From positions 9,488,001-9,552,000 of the forward strand of contig NC_087437.1 in assembly GCF_036321535.1 (NCBI RefSeq): a stretch of 64,000 bases of DNA. The letters run 5' to 3'. This document shows positions 51,965 through 64,000 of this stretch, one piece after another. The notes below the pieces were generated by a model. It saw only the letters and a program-made list of their open reading frames with translations, was not told the origin of the DNA and did no database searches. Origin of the DNA: Camelus dromedarius. Its lineage: Eukaryota. The first letter of the stretch is position 1, and the number at the start of each line of letters is the position of its first letter. Both the position numbers and the translations under genes were made by a program.

Positions 51965-52228
51965 TGCAAAACAAAAAGAATATATACTGTAAAATTCTAT
52001 TTAAATAAATTCAAGAAACACAGAACAAATTGCTAGAGACATCAAAACAGTGATTATGAGAGACTGGGCTACTGACTGGAAAGGAACACAAGGGAACACT
52101 CTAGGATGATAAAATATTCTATACTTTTATCTAAGTGGTGATCAAAAGGTTATACACAATATAAAAAGTCATCATAATGTGCTCTTAAGATTTCTGCATT
52201 TTGTGGCAAATTAAACCTCAATAAAATA
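51965..52228 (+). mobile_element. L1ME-type 3' end
   Basis: TGACTGGAAAGGAACACAAGGGAAC...AAATATTCTATA...AAATTAAACCTCAATAAAA. Confidence 0.75.
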
Positions 52229-54399
52229 AACAGAAGGGAGTTATCACTGTGATACCCAACCGAGTTCCTTAGCGTGGACACTGCTCCTTATCTACTTTTC
52301 CATTTTCAAGTCTGGCCACTCCATCCTCTTTCTTCCATCAACTTTGGAACCCATTATTTCCTGCTACAACATTTGCCTTTTTACAGTTGAAAAGAAATGT
52401 AACAGATCCACGTCTTTGCTTCTTTCCATCCTGTTGTTGTTGAGAATTACTATTCACTTCTCTGACTCTGTGAATTCAAGAACTCGTTAAATTATGACTA
52501 TGGCTTTTCCATTTTTAATCTAAGAACCTAGCATAACTCTTAGCATTTAATTGGCAATTAATGAGTATTTGCTGACTGATAGATTAACTAACTGACCCAC
52601 TAATTGGATGAATTAATTAATAACAGAGTGAATTAATTAATGTTATTAGGCAAGGGAGTGATACGGGCAAACTCAGAAATGATAACAGAGTTGAATAATA
52701 AACTGAAAACAGTCATCACTCATTAATCAGATCTAGACATTTATCAACAAACATTAGGTACCTACTCCATCAGATGACTCGATTGGCTGGAAATCTCATC
52801 TAGCATTTCCTCTCTTTGACAGCCTGATTTGACTGCCCTCCTCCTCCTATGTCTGGGCCAAAGTAAGAGAGGTCACTGCCTCTGAGCAATTCATCTGTCC
52901 CTGAAGACCATGGCAAGGACTCAAGGTGAAGTTGGGCAGAATGATCTAGGCATGATGCTGCATAGTGTTCAAGTTTACGTTCTACTTTTCCTTCAAACAC
53001 TATTCATCGTATATCCTCATAAAATTATTCCTTGGCAACTCATTTGGCAATTAACTCCTTATCAGTGGAGTGAGAAACAGAGGACAGGAGAAAGTGGCTA
53101 GAGAGATGGTGTTGGCTACATTGCAGTATCCATTTTGTTTCAGAGGTCAACCCTCTATAAGGCAACTTTTGGAGACACTGTGATTTTTCCCCACCTCCAA
53201 ACTCCACCAGAGTCCTCATTGAGCCTTTCTCGTGGCTTCTAGGTCTCTTAACAAATGAGCAACGCTGTTGCCAACAGCCACGTTACCCATCCCCAAGCCC
53301 ATCCCATCCCCATTCCGGAAAGCATGACTTAGCATGTTGTTATCTTCTCTAAGAACTTGCTTGCAATCTAGTCCTTGCACACTGTTTCAGATTAACTTGC
53401 TTTCCTTCCCTTAAGAATTTATTCGTTAGTAAAAACATTGCATTCTTTGGCATCCCACACTGCCACGCTCAAGCTGAGATCGTGTCTGCACCACCCAGGG
53501 AATCAGGCACAGCGACTCTCCACTGATGGCTCAGAAGCCGCACTCCTCCTTCACGGCAATAAGCCACCAGAGGCTCCGTGTCATTGACCTTCTGTGGAAC
53601 TAAGGTCTTCCTTGGCATTTCTAGTGTTTGAGTCCTGTGAGCCTAGATTTCATTTCTTTCCTATTTTTGGAGGAAATTCGAATCACTACATTCATCACAG
53701 TCCATTGAAATCACAATCTCTAGTTTTCTTCCTTCCCACATATACCAGGAAAAGCCATCCAAATGAGTTGTAGGCCCGTATGGACCAGAAGTCCTTCCCC
53801 TCGCATTGTCACTTAATCTGTCTCAAAGACTTTTTCTTAATCATTTGTGCGCGACATCGAGAATGAGTACCTGTTTTTAAAGTAAACTTAAATGAATAAC
53901 TTATGTAAACTTCTGCGGAATATAAATATACTTTAAGGGCTATGACCTGATCTAGGTCATGTGTGAGTGAGTCTTTGAGCTGTGGTGACAACTCTTAATA
54001 TACAGTGATGATAATTCAGTTTATTTATATCTTGCTAAAGGTTTTGAGAGGATGTAGCTAACAAAAACATACTACCAAATACAGGACTGGATGAAATCAA
54101 TGATCTCTCTATCCTCACACACACCTACATAGAATATTTTATGCTACTTATAGTATATGTGTGTATATATTTATGCTTATGTATGTCCATTGATAGTCTG
54201 TATATATGTGCATTACTGTGTGTGTGCATGTGTAGAATCTGGTTTTAAGGGTCCTACTAGCTGAAAAGTGGAACAGAGGACGTTACAGAATGCTCATCAT
54301 GGATAAACATTGTTCTTGCGATACTCTCCAAGAGAAATTACTCATACGTGGTGTTTCACCACAGTGGCTGACATCCAGCTTTCCTAGCTCTCTTCCCCA

Positions 54400-55650
54400 C
54401 TCCCTGATCATCTCTGCACGGCCCTTTTGGATGGGTGTGTTTCAACAAGCCAAGTGTAGGCATTGGGGTATTGAGGATGATTTCAAAGGTCCCCTCCACT
54501 TCTCTGTCCACTTTCACTTCCCCATCCCATATGTTCTTGGTTTTAAGCAACATTCTCAAATTTTTATCTTCTCTCTGGGCCCCTTCTGTGAACTCCGAAC
54601 TCAGTTACCTCTGGGGCATCTCCATTAGCAGACCAATACACACGTCCAAATGCACCTGTACAATGGGAAACTCCAGACCTTTCATTCAAAACCTCTAAGA
54701 GGGGAGGGTATAGCTCAGGTGGTAAAACACACGCTTAGCATGCATGAGGTCCTGGATTCAATCCCTAGTACCTCCTCTAAAAACTAAATAAATCTAATTT
54801 CCCCGGTCCAAAAAAAAAAAAAAAAAATCCTCTAATTGTAGTTGGTTCCATCCTTACAGCTGCTCAGGTAAGAAGTCTTGGAGTTTTATTTTTTTCCTAA
54901 TTCCTCTTTCACACGCCACATATAACCCACCAGGAATTCTGTTGGCTCCACAGTCAGAATAAATTCAGGATCTGACCACGTCTAACCCCTCCACCACTGC
55001 CACCCAGTCCAAGCCGCCATCGCCTTTGGCCCAGATTACTGCCGTGTATTCCTAACGAGCTGACCCATTTCTTCCCTTGCCTCTATACCCCTGAGAAGAC
55101 AAATGAGGAATGACCTGCTCCTAGGTGCTCAAAATAAAGAGCTTTTGAACCAATGCAATGCAATGTCCTAAAAATATGGTTTCAAAGGGAGCTTGGAAAT
55201 GGACTCCAAGTGACTGTATCAGAAATCTTAAAAGCAAAAATCACAAACATAAAATCAAAATAAAACTCAAGGGAGAAATTCCAAGTGGAAGTAAGAGAAG
55301 TAGGTAGGTTTCACACATCGTACCTGGCTCCACCTAAGGTGAGTACTATTTATAACAGAAATACAGCTCACATGTGCCTTTCTCATGGAGACCTTCCCTG
55401 GCCACTTGATTTAAAACTGTGAGAACCTGATCTCAGCCCTCTCCAGCTCTCCTCTCCCTCCTCCCTTGATCTTTTTTTACATCGCTTCATAGCACCGCTG
55501 ACGTATTCTATATTTAGTTATTTATTTACTTTCCTATTTTTTATTGTTGTTTTTCCCTATGAGAGTATAATCACAAGAGGGCAGTGTTTTCGGATGTCTT
55601 GTTCACGTCGTATCCCCAGATCTACTGCAGTTCCTAGCACAGAGGAAGTC
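54400..55650 (+). mobile_element. L2 fragments, interrupted by a SINE
   Basis: CCCTTCTGTGAACTCCGAACTC, TCCATCCTTACAGCTGCTCAGG, CCACTGCCACCCAGTCCAAGCCGCCATC and TGTCTTGTTCAC...TATCCCCAG. Confidence 0.7.
54701..54827 (+). mobile_element. tRNA-Ala-derived SINE (vic-1 type)
   Basis: GGGGAGGGTATAGCTCAGGTGGTA...GCTTAGCATGCATGAGGTCCTGGATTCAATCCCTAGTACCTCC with an A18 tail. TSD core CCTCTAA on both sides. Confidence 0.93.
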
Positions 55651-55651
55651 G

Positions 55652-56157
55652 TGTGGTTCACGTCCCAGCAGGAAATGGGACTCCTACTCAAATAGTAAGG
55701 TGCCTGTGTTTTTGTTTGTTTTCATTTGTACTTACTTTTATTTATTTATTGTAGGCAGTACGGAGAGAGGTGTGAAAGGAAATCGACAAGGGATGTGGGG
55801 CACCCGGGAGCAGCAACTTGAGAAGTCCTTATAAGTCAGAGGCAAGAGTAAGGGGGGAGGCTAAAGGGGTGAGCTGGTCAGGGAGAGCTGAGGCCGGGGT
55901 GGGGGTGGCCCAGGAGGAGTTGCAGTCTGAGGGGAAAGGGAATGGCCCCGGTCCCACAGCCTGAAGCAGGAGAGAGCAGGGGATCCACACCCTGACCTCT
56001 GTGGTCTCCTGGGGATGTTACCCACTGGCCAAGCCCCATGGAAAGCCAAGGTCAGTGGAGCCCAGCAGTTCAGGCCAGAGGTGATGTCCGAGGGCACAGC
56101 ACCAGGCGGAGAAGGACGGGAACGGATCTGAGGGCCAAGTGGGAAACCACCAGCATG
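55652..56157 (-). mobile_element. LTR33-like ERVL solo LTR
   Basis: CCCACTGGCCAAGCCCCATGGAAAGCCAAGG...GGAGCCCA...AGGGCACAGCACCAGGCGGAGAAGG...GGATCTGAGGGCCAAGTGG...CCAGCA. Confidence 0.7.
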
Positions 56158-57873
56158 TAAGAACTTAATAAATAGCCATGGGACAAATGCAAGGCTTTTA
56201 AAAGAAATCTAGCAATTAAATCCAAATAACTGTTTATCTCAGAGACCTTTAAAAAATGCCAAGGGCATAAAAATCCAAATAAAACAGAAGAAGCAAGTCT
56301 GGGGTTAAAGGAAGGAGGCAGTTTCAAATAGTTTACTGTGCGCCACCGAGGAAGGGTCATTTACACAGTGGAATCTTTGGTCCAATTAAAAGGTTCACAT
56401 GGATACGCAGATATCTATGTCACCGAATTGCACAGTCCTTAGTTCTCAGTTTAACTAGGTGGCATCCAGGGGTTACATCACTGATCCAACTGCCTGTCAT
56501 GCTCTATGGTGTCCTTCTAGGACGCAGGCAAGGCACACAGACCTCAGGGTGACAACTGATCAGGCAGCAGGGACAAACTGCAAATGCCAAGGGGCTCCTG
56601 CTTTCCTCGATTGTCTGCCCCACTGCTGGTGAGCTCTGCTTCAGGTCAGGAGATACTGATTTGACATCGGGAAACCAGAGCAGCAAACATCACAGCCATC
56701 GCCCCTGCACGTGACAGGGGAGAAAAGGTAAAACTCAACTTTCCTGTCTGAGATTTGAGGAAGGGATTCTTTTAAATAGTCGTCCCCCCTGGAACTAGAA
56801 TTTATTATTTCTGTAAAGAGTAAAGAAACACAGGTAACAGATGAAAACCGCAAAGCATCCACTGAGCCCTTCCGCTCCAAGGGATCACAGAAGCTCAAAG
56901 ACCTCCCCTCCGCAAAACTGCACTTCAGACTCTGCACGTTTACTTTTGCTGCAGGAAGAAAGCGTGGAGCAGACAGCCTGTGGAAAGGCCTGAAGTTGGA
57001 GAGTCAGGGGTTACGTATGTGTGCATTTATCTTTCCTCCTAAGTAGCTGGGTTTGGAAAGAAAGGAATAGAAAACGATGGAAGACAAGGCGAGAATGGCG
57101 TTGCCCGTTTTAGGATTCTGTAGAGGAAAGAACGTTCTGCTTTTCCTCGCTTTGAGGAGACCCACTGAATAGAGCATTCAGGAAAAAAAGAAAAAAATAA
57201 TAAAAAAGACAAAACATCGTGTCTCATCCACGTGAATTGCAGGTACATCAATTCAGAGGCCGCGATGCTCGCCTCCCTGCACAAGGCCCTCCGCTCAAAC
57301 ATTATCTCCAGCTCTGACTCCAGAAGCTCTAAAGGCATTTCCCCCGCCCCCACTCCTGCAGCTATGAGGTGCTGACCACACTGCTGCAACTGGGAGATAA
57401 GAAAAATGTTTCAATCCACATGTTAATTATTGAAATTAGACCTGCAAACAAATATTTTGGGAAACTGCGTGTTGCTTCCAAACGTGGCGCTTTCCATTTT
57501 CAGCCCGAAGTGTAATTGCGGATTCAAGGGCTCAGATCTTCCCCGAGATTCATACATTATGTATGCCGCACTTCCCCGGGACACGGCGGATGTCACGCTC
57601 CGCGTCCTGCCGAAATGGGGAAATCATTTGAGACAGAGTTTAACTTGAAAAAGTATCAGAACTTCAACAAAGAGGAGCAAATAAAAAAAACACAAAACTC
57701 GGAATCCACTTTTTGGAACTCAGAAACTTTGCAAATATAGAGTCTCTCTAATGGGTTAAGAAATAATGTGAAATTAAGATGAATGTTGAAATGGCACCTT
57801 AAAAACTGCAGAAGTATATTCTTTGATTCCCCCCCCGCCCCCAAAAAAAATTCTGAAGGAGGTTGTTACTGAC

Positions 57874-58084
57874 CAAGGTTCGGCACACTTTCCCTGTAAA
57901 GGGCAGATACTAAATATTTTAGGCCTTGTGGTAACATGGTCCCCAACACAAATACCCAACTCTCATTGCAGTGAAAATCTGCCTTGTGTAAACAAGGGGG
58001 TGGGACCGTGTCCCAGTAAAAGGATGTTTACAAGGACAGGTGCCAGACAGAGTTGGCCCACAGGCTGTCGTTTGACCACCCCAG
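57874..58084 (+). mobile_element. MER58A-like hAT MITE
   Basis: CAAGGTTCGGCACACTTT...CTGTAAAGGGCAGATACTAAATATTTTAGGC...TTGGCCCACAGGCTGTCGTTTGACCACCCC. Confidence 0.8.
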
Positions 58085-61000
58085 ATCAAAATATACTTTC
58101 ACAGATTAATTAATATTTTTACCAGGCAATTTCAATATTTAAAAACATACAGTATTGCCTGCTTTTCTAAATTGATTATTCCTTGAATAAATTCCTGGCC
58201 GCTTTCCTCAGCCGGACGAGTATGGATTTACTCACAGCAACATTGATTAAGAAGAGAGACGTTTACGTTGCCAAGATCAAAGTGCTCCTGGGAATAGATC
58301 AAAAACCCTCTCCGTATTAGATTTAACATTTCCATCGTCAGGTTTCATCAAGTCTTAATAGTTTTCAGTGCCAGGCTCACACACATTTTCTTTAACTTCT
58401 GCCTCAAAATCATAGATTAATTTCAGCCATTGGTACCCAAGGCAGCTTCATCACGAGGACTTTCTTCTGCTCCAGGGGAGGCCAGGCTAAGGGAGCTTGA
58501 ACATCTGTCTATAGCAACGTCACTGGGGGTCTCTCTTTGGATCTTCCTGTCAAATCAAATGAAAAGGGGCAGAATGTAATAACATCCCTTTAGATTCACT
58601 GCTTGATTCTCATTTAGCTGTCTTGAGTTCTTTTAGTCTCTTGGCACAACTGCCAGTGCTTATTTTTATGGCTGATTTATGGTAAAGGTTTGATTAAGAT
58701 ACCTCCAAATCTTACCATGCTTAACATAGACAGCATGGAGCAGGCAGAGAGGAGTGTTTAAACTGTCAGTTCAAGGTCAAACTGAAATATTTGAGTTCAT
58801 CCAGCCAAGCCAATGAGGTTGACCAGTCTATTCACAGACAGCCTCCTGCTCCGCCCTTGATTCATCTGGGAAACCCAAGGAAAACAGACTGTTTTTAAAA
58901 CAAGTTCTATTTTTTGGCCATGCCATAGTACAGGTGTCTCAACTGTATCAACACTGTCATGGGGATACAGTTCACCGGAAAATTTAGAATAATGACAATT
59001 TTTCTGTGTTCAGAAGTAGGTGAAAATTTTCATTTAGGGGTACTGGTGGCTGCTCCTGAAAATGCACTTATCTCATTGCCTTCCCTCCGATTACTCAGTG
59101 TGCTGTACTTTGATGACATGTCTAGTATGACCAGGAAAACAGGCAAACTCCTCCTTGTGTGCAGAGTGGGAATTTAGATGAATGCAATTAATTACAATCG
59201 GTACGGGGAAAATCTGACCAGTTAGAATTGATTTGAAACAGCTTAACACTCAAATCACCGACCAGGCAGCATTGCTTTCCAAACTCTAGCTGGGAAAGCC
59301 AGACGGCACATGGTGGGAGAATCTGTCTAACAGCTGCAGGTGGGTGCGGCTTCAGTAGAACAGGAGAATGTAGTGAGTCCTGTGTTGTCTTCTCAAGAGT
59401 CTTTCCTTCTCTTGTTTGATAAAATGGGGGAATTTGTGGGTAGGTTTTTCCATGTCTAATCTTATCTAGGGATTCCCATCCCACTGTCACAGTGATTAGT
59501 TGAGGTAACCCGTTCTATGTTGATCAGAGCATCATAGAACTCCCTGGGTACCTGGCACATATAATCAGGGCCAGTGAGACAGGAAGAAATGTTCTGGCAG
59601 CTCGATGAAAAAAAAGTGGTTATCACACATCAGAAAAGCCATGCCATGCCTTGAAGACATCATTGCACAGTTCAATTAAACTGACCCTAAAACTAGACCA
59701 TCTGGTTCTATGACCTAAGTCATCCATTTACTATTTTATAGGTATAATTTATATATTTAAGTTATGAAGTGTTGCAAATATACAGAAAATCAGAGTGAAT
59801 ACTAGGACAAATACCCAAGGATCTCACTTGTACTAGGGAACCTCAGCCCTTTTCTATACTGATATCTAATCCCTTTTTAAAAAGAATTTAACATGTTGTA
59901 GAATGTCTTAACTCATAGTTCTGCACTCAAGTAATTAGAAATAGAAACAGCCTCAGCTGGGAAGAACTACTGATGCATTCAGTGTCCCAGAGGCAGGGTA
60001 TCTCTTATTTGTCCACAAGTTCAGGTTACAAGCCTAAGAAAAGTGCTCTAATACAACAGCTTTAATACTGAGAACAGAATCAAAGCAACACGGATCAGCA
60101 GAAAATGTGGACCGCTTGGAAGAGTCTCAGATCACACTGGGATTATAAGAATGGAAAATGAGCAACAGAAACAGGATAAAATATGTTCCTTTATTGTTGC
60201 TGCTGATCGAAGACACACCGATACTTTGATAAGGAGACCAGAGGTCACTTCCACCATTGACTCATCATGTGGGCACATTTGAATGGGGCGTTCCCGTCAC
60301 ATCATTATTCTGTGTGAATGGGAAGCTGGCCTGAAGACTTAGGCTAAAGAGAGGTAATTAAATTAGAAGGAGCCAAAAGATCTCAGAGACCATCATCCCG
60401 CAGCCCAGATGGAGTGTCCAGGCAAGCAGCCGTCCTCCTTCTGAAGGTCCTTTTCCTATTTGCATGGGTCCTGTCACATCTGCCACCACAAATCAGACAG
60501 TACAGTGTCAGCCACCCTAATAAACTAGGACACACCTAACTTCCAGTTAAACTGAACCCTTAGCTCAATTACAGCTGGTCTCGGTGGTTTTCAGGATTGC
60601 TGGAGCCTAATGAAGGTAGACTCGTATCATCCCAGACTCCACCCAACTTGGTTTAGTCTGAAAAATCCACTTTCCCTTCCTTCCCTGACTTTACCTCATT
60701 TTGTGCACAAATACATGAAAATATATGCAAATCATATGCTTGCAAAGCGGGTATACATATTTGAAAACTATGCACATATTCAGAGTCCTCTGTCCTCAAA
60801 ATCCCAGATGCAAGTAGCATAGAATCACGCTGGGAAACTACATTAGATTAGAGCTCATTATCTAAGCAAAATAACTTACTGATATTGGATGAGAAGTACC
60901 ATTAAAAAAAGAAAACTAGACACTGATGGTTTAATTTCTTTTCCTTCTGTATTTCATCATTTGTCCCATTTTTTCCTCAATTTCATCAAACTAAATGTTC

Positions 61001-61585
61001 AAAGTTGTTGACATTCTTTTCAAAATAAATATCAGCACTTGATTATATCTTGTAATATATCTTCTCTTTTCTAGGTCATTGTAGATACTTGTTATTTATT
61101 AAGTGTTTGGATGGGTGAATAAATTAATAAATGTCAAAATGTTCATATTGACCATTTGTCTGCCTTTCTGAGTAATATTCTTGGCTGTGAGAAATAAAAG
61201 GAGTATTCACATTTACTACACATAGGATAGTCATGAAATTGTAGGCATTAAACCTACATTTCTCAGAGCAAACCAGTATTTAACCAAATAGCATTTAAGG
61301 CAAGAGTTGGGGAAATTGAATAGTGGAGATGAGATAAGCTGTGGAGGTTCTACTGAATACTGGAAGAGAGCTGTTCAGCAAGGATGTAACTCAGAAAATG
61401 ACAAAGACTTGCAAAGAAACACAGTCAATATGCATCAGTATGATTGATGCAGAAAGTCCAGAATTTAAGACTGGACTCATGTTGCGGGCTGAGAAAGAAA
61501 CATAGAGCTATTAGTGTATCTGTGCAGACTCAAGGAAGTGGCCAGCTGGAACCAGACATCAGTAGGTATGAACACAGTGAGTTAA

Positions 61586-61738
61586 CAGTGTTTCTCAGAC
61601 ACCGATGATCTGTCACCTGGAAATCTTGTTCAAAATGCAGATTCTGATTCACAGTGTCTGGGGGAGATTCTGTGTTTCCAGCAAGCTACCAAATGATGCC
61701 TACGCTGCTGGTTCATGGACTGTACATCTGTAGCCAAG
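61586..61738. mobile_element. MER5A-like hAT MITE
   Basis: CAGTGTTTCTCA...TCACCTGG...CTTGTTCAAAATGCAGATTCTGATTCA...TGATGC...GCTGCTGGT. Confidence 0.8.
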
Positions 61739-62569
61739 AAACAGGACCTCCGCAATGAGCAAAGGAGATCCAGAAAATGACTATGTCTCAGCAGTATATA
61801 TGTTGTGTATATAATAGGCTCGTGTGCATGCACACACATGCACAACGTTTATTTCATAGCTTAGTTCTCAAATAGTCCTTCCGTTTTTGAAAACCTAAGG
61901 TTCAACAACCCAGGTCTTTAAAGGAAAGTTACATGATATTTGATCCTTATCATGAGCTCTGATGGGTTGGTCAGGTAAGCATCCTCGTCGTAGTAACCCT
62001 GTTTGTGATAAAAAGGGAATGCACTGGATAAAAGTTACAAATTCTCTGAGCATCAATTACATCACCTTTGATCTGACCTGTTTGCCTTTCCTTTCTGAGT
62101 CCTTGCTGCTCTGATTCCAGCAAAGGGACTGGAAAAAATTTCTTAATCCTTATGAATCCTAGTTTCACTATTTTTCAGTAATGGATAAAATACATACTTT
62201 TGAAGATCAAACAAGCTAATACATTTAAAGGGCTTAACACAGCCTTTGGCACATCCAGAATGTTCATTGAATGACTGTTATAAATACTAGTAAAATAATC
62301 CAATACAATTATCCATTTCCTAAAGGACTCCGCAGGTTTATTATTATCGCTATGACTCTCAAATTAGTCTTTTGGCTGTGGGCGTGTCTGAAGGTAATTA
62401 CAAAGATTTCCATTCTATTATTTATTCTCTTCTGTCCCCTTGTTTAACTCTGTTCCTTCTATCTTCTTCCTAACAAGCTTGGTATCCAAGCCTAAAAAAT
62501 GTCCTCGTAGCACATCATTCTTTATTATGCCAATAACACAGAAATGTAGGTCAAGTAAATATAAGTGCT

Positions 62570-62870
62570 GTGTGAAATGAAACCTTCAGAGTTAATAGCG
62601 CTGCTGACCGTTTGTGTGATTACAACAGCCCGGAAGTGCCGGCCTGCCTTTGCAAACAACGCTTGTCTCCTCTTTTGCAGCAAATACTCTGCGGAGATGC
62701 GAGGAGGCCATTTATTTATTTTCAGAAAAGCCCGCCACTTGCTATATATACTTTCATTTTTGGTAAAACGCGGTTATTTTTCTTCACATCATTACTTATA
62801 AAATTAGCCTGCGCTAGAACTACAGGTGGTTAGAGCACTCGCTACACATTATGGGCTTCCGGGGCCCTTA
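62570..62870. promoter_or_regulatory. Candidate enhancer or promoter-like element
   Basis: No repeat recognised and CpGs are retained. ETS consensus CCGGAAGTG (62630-62638), an opposite-strand GCTTCCGG (62855-62862) and a TATA-like CTATATATA (about 62742). Confidence 0.35.
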
Positions 62871-63086
62871 AGAAACACCCTGAATCTGCCACACAAACTT
62901 ATAAATGGATGGGATCAATACACAGTGAAACCTCAAAAACTCATTCCATGCCAGTTTAGAATTTGTGATTTATTGGACATAGGTCTGACTGATTTGCTTT
63001 TTGCATTATCTATGGAAGGAAAAAAAAAAACTTTGCTAAGCAATTTAACAAGGTCATTTGCCTTTCTTAAAGAATATATTATTATT

Positions 63087-63232
63087 GGGGGTAAGATATA
63101 GCTCAGTGGTAGAGTGCATGCCTAGCATGCACAAGGTCCTGGGTTCAATCCCCAGGATCTCTGTTTAAAAAAAATAAACAAATAAATAAACCTAAAATTA
63201 ACCTCCCATTAAAATTTTTTTAAAAATTAAAA
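63087..63232 (+). mobile_element. tRNA-Ala-derived SINE (vic-1 type)
   Basis: TATAGCTCAGTGGTAGAGTGCATGCCTAGCATGCACAAGGTCCTGGGTTCAATCCCCAG plus an AATAAATAAACCTAA tail. Degenerate TSD AA(G/A)AATATAT. Confidence 0.92.
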
Positions 63233-64000
63233 AAATATATGTTCTTATTAAGGTATTTTAATGCACCCAAGAGGATACTGTGTGATACACACCAACATTA
63301 CATACATTAAAGCAGATTCTGCAAATCTTCCTTGACAATATGGTTAATTTACATTCTTGACTATTACAAAATAAAGTTTTAGAAATCACTCAATGTTTTA
63401 TTGAGAACTTGCTAAGGTAGGGTAGGGAGCTGGACACCTCTGGGTACACTGTTAAATTAGAAGTTTACAGCTTGAGGAAATTTGTGGATGAACTTGAGCT
63501 TTTACCTACATGGACTGAATTTCTTTCCCTTTAAAATTACTTTGCTCAGTGCCAAGGCAGCTGAAGTTCAAATACTGCATAATTGGTCTTGTCATTTTAT
63601 TCAAATGTGTACACTCTACTACTTCAACACCGCCAAGAGATTTTTAAGTGTAAATATAAATATTTCATTTGCAGCTTAGAGCTTTCATTTATCCTGTTTG
63701 AGCTACGAGATGTATGACACTGCAAAGGACATTCACGAAGTGCACATCATTGGGCTTCAAATGATTGAACCTTCGTTTGGGAAGTGATACTAGATTGCAT
63801 TGTCATTTATGATTCTAAATACAAAATGTTGGTAGACTTTAATATGTATCTATTTATAATATTATGTATACATAAAAATATGCACATTGGTAATCTTAAA
63901 ATAGTAGCAATATAGAAAATTGTTTTATTTTTATTTTATAATCTGGAATTAAAAAAATAAAAACTGCTAGGCTTCCTGAGTGCATCACTCTGCATCTGGT

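Noticed and set aside
57551..57565. Palindrome CATACATTATGTATG resembling the loxP spacer
   Set aside because: The 13-bp loxP arms are absent, so this is chance similarity.
63087..63160. Apparent tRNA-Ala genes here and at the four sister loci
   Set aside because: Disrupted acceptor stems and, in the full-length copies, SINE-specific A-rich tails and TSDs show they are SINEs, not tRNA genes.
1..64000. Host gene identity or a novel multi-gene system
   Set aside because: No recognisable coding exons or non-transposon protein homology. Assigning the locus needs a genome alignment.

Overview
This is mammalian, AT-rich, repeat-dense non-coding DNA, either intergenic or deep inside a large intron. 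I find no supportable protein-coding exon, RNA gene, CRISPR array or prokaryotic feature. The ORFs in the track are L1/LTR relics, microsatellite artefacts or short chance frames. Five tRNA-Ala(AGC)-derived SINEs (vic-1 type) and a set of young 5'-truncated L1 3' ends point to a camelid genome (camel, alpaca or llama); this is an inference from the repeats. Much of the window is transposon-derived: old L1MA/MB/MC/ME, L2, MIR, MLT1 and LTR33 LTRs, hAT MITEs (MER33, MER58A/B, MER5A) and two ERV1-type solo LTRs. The notable structure is retrotransposon archaeology: nested insertions with readable target-site duplications (TSDs), twin-priming-type L1 inversions (one nested in another), microsatellites born inside L1 copies, a SINE-L1 deletion junction and a 62-bp tandem duplication. 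A few unique CpG-retaining, motif-rich blocks (about 0.55-1.1 kb, 57.2-57.6 kb, 58.5-58.8 kb, 62.6-62.9 kb) are candidate cis-regulatory elements. I do not see evidence of a new biological system. Repeat family names come from remembered consensus sequences, and the boundaries of old elements are approximate.
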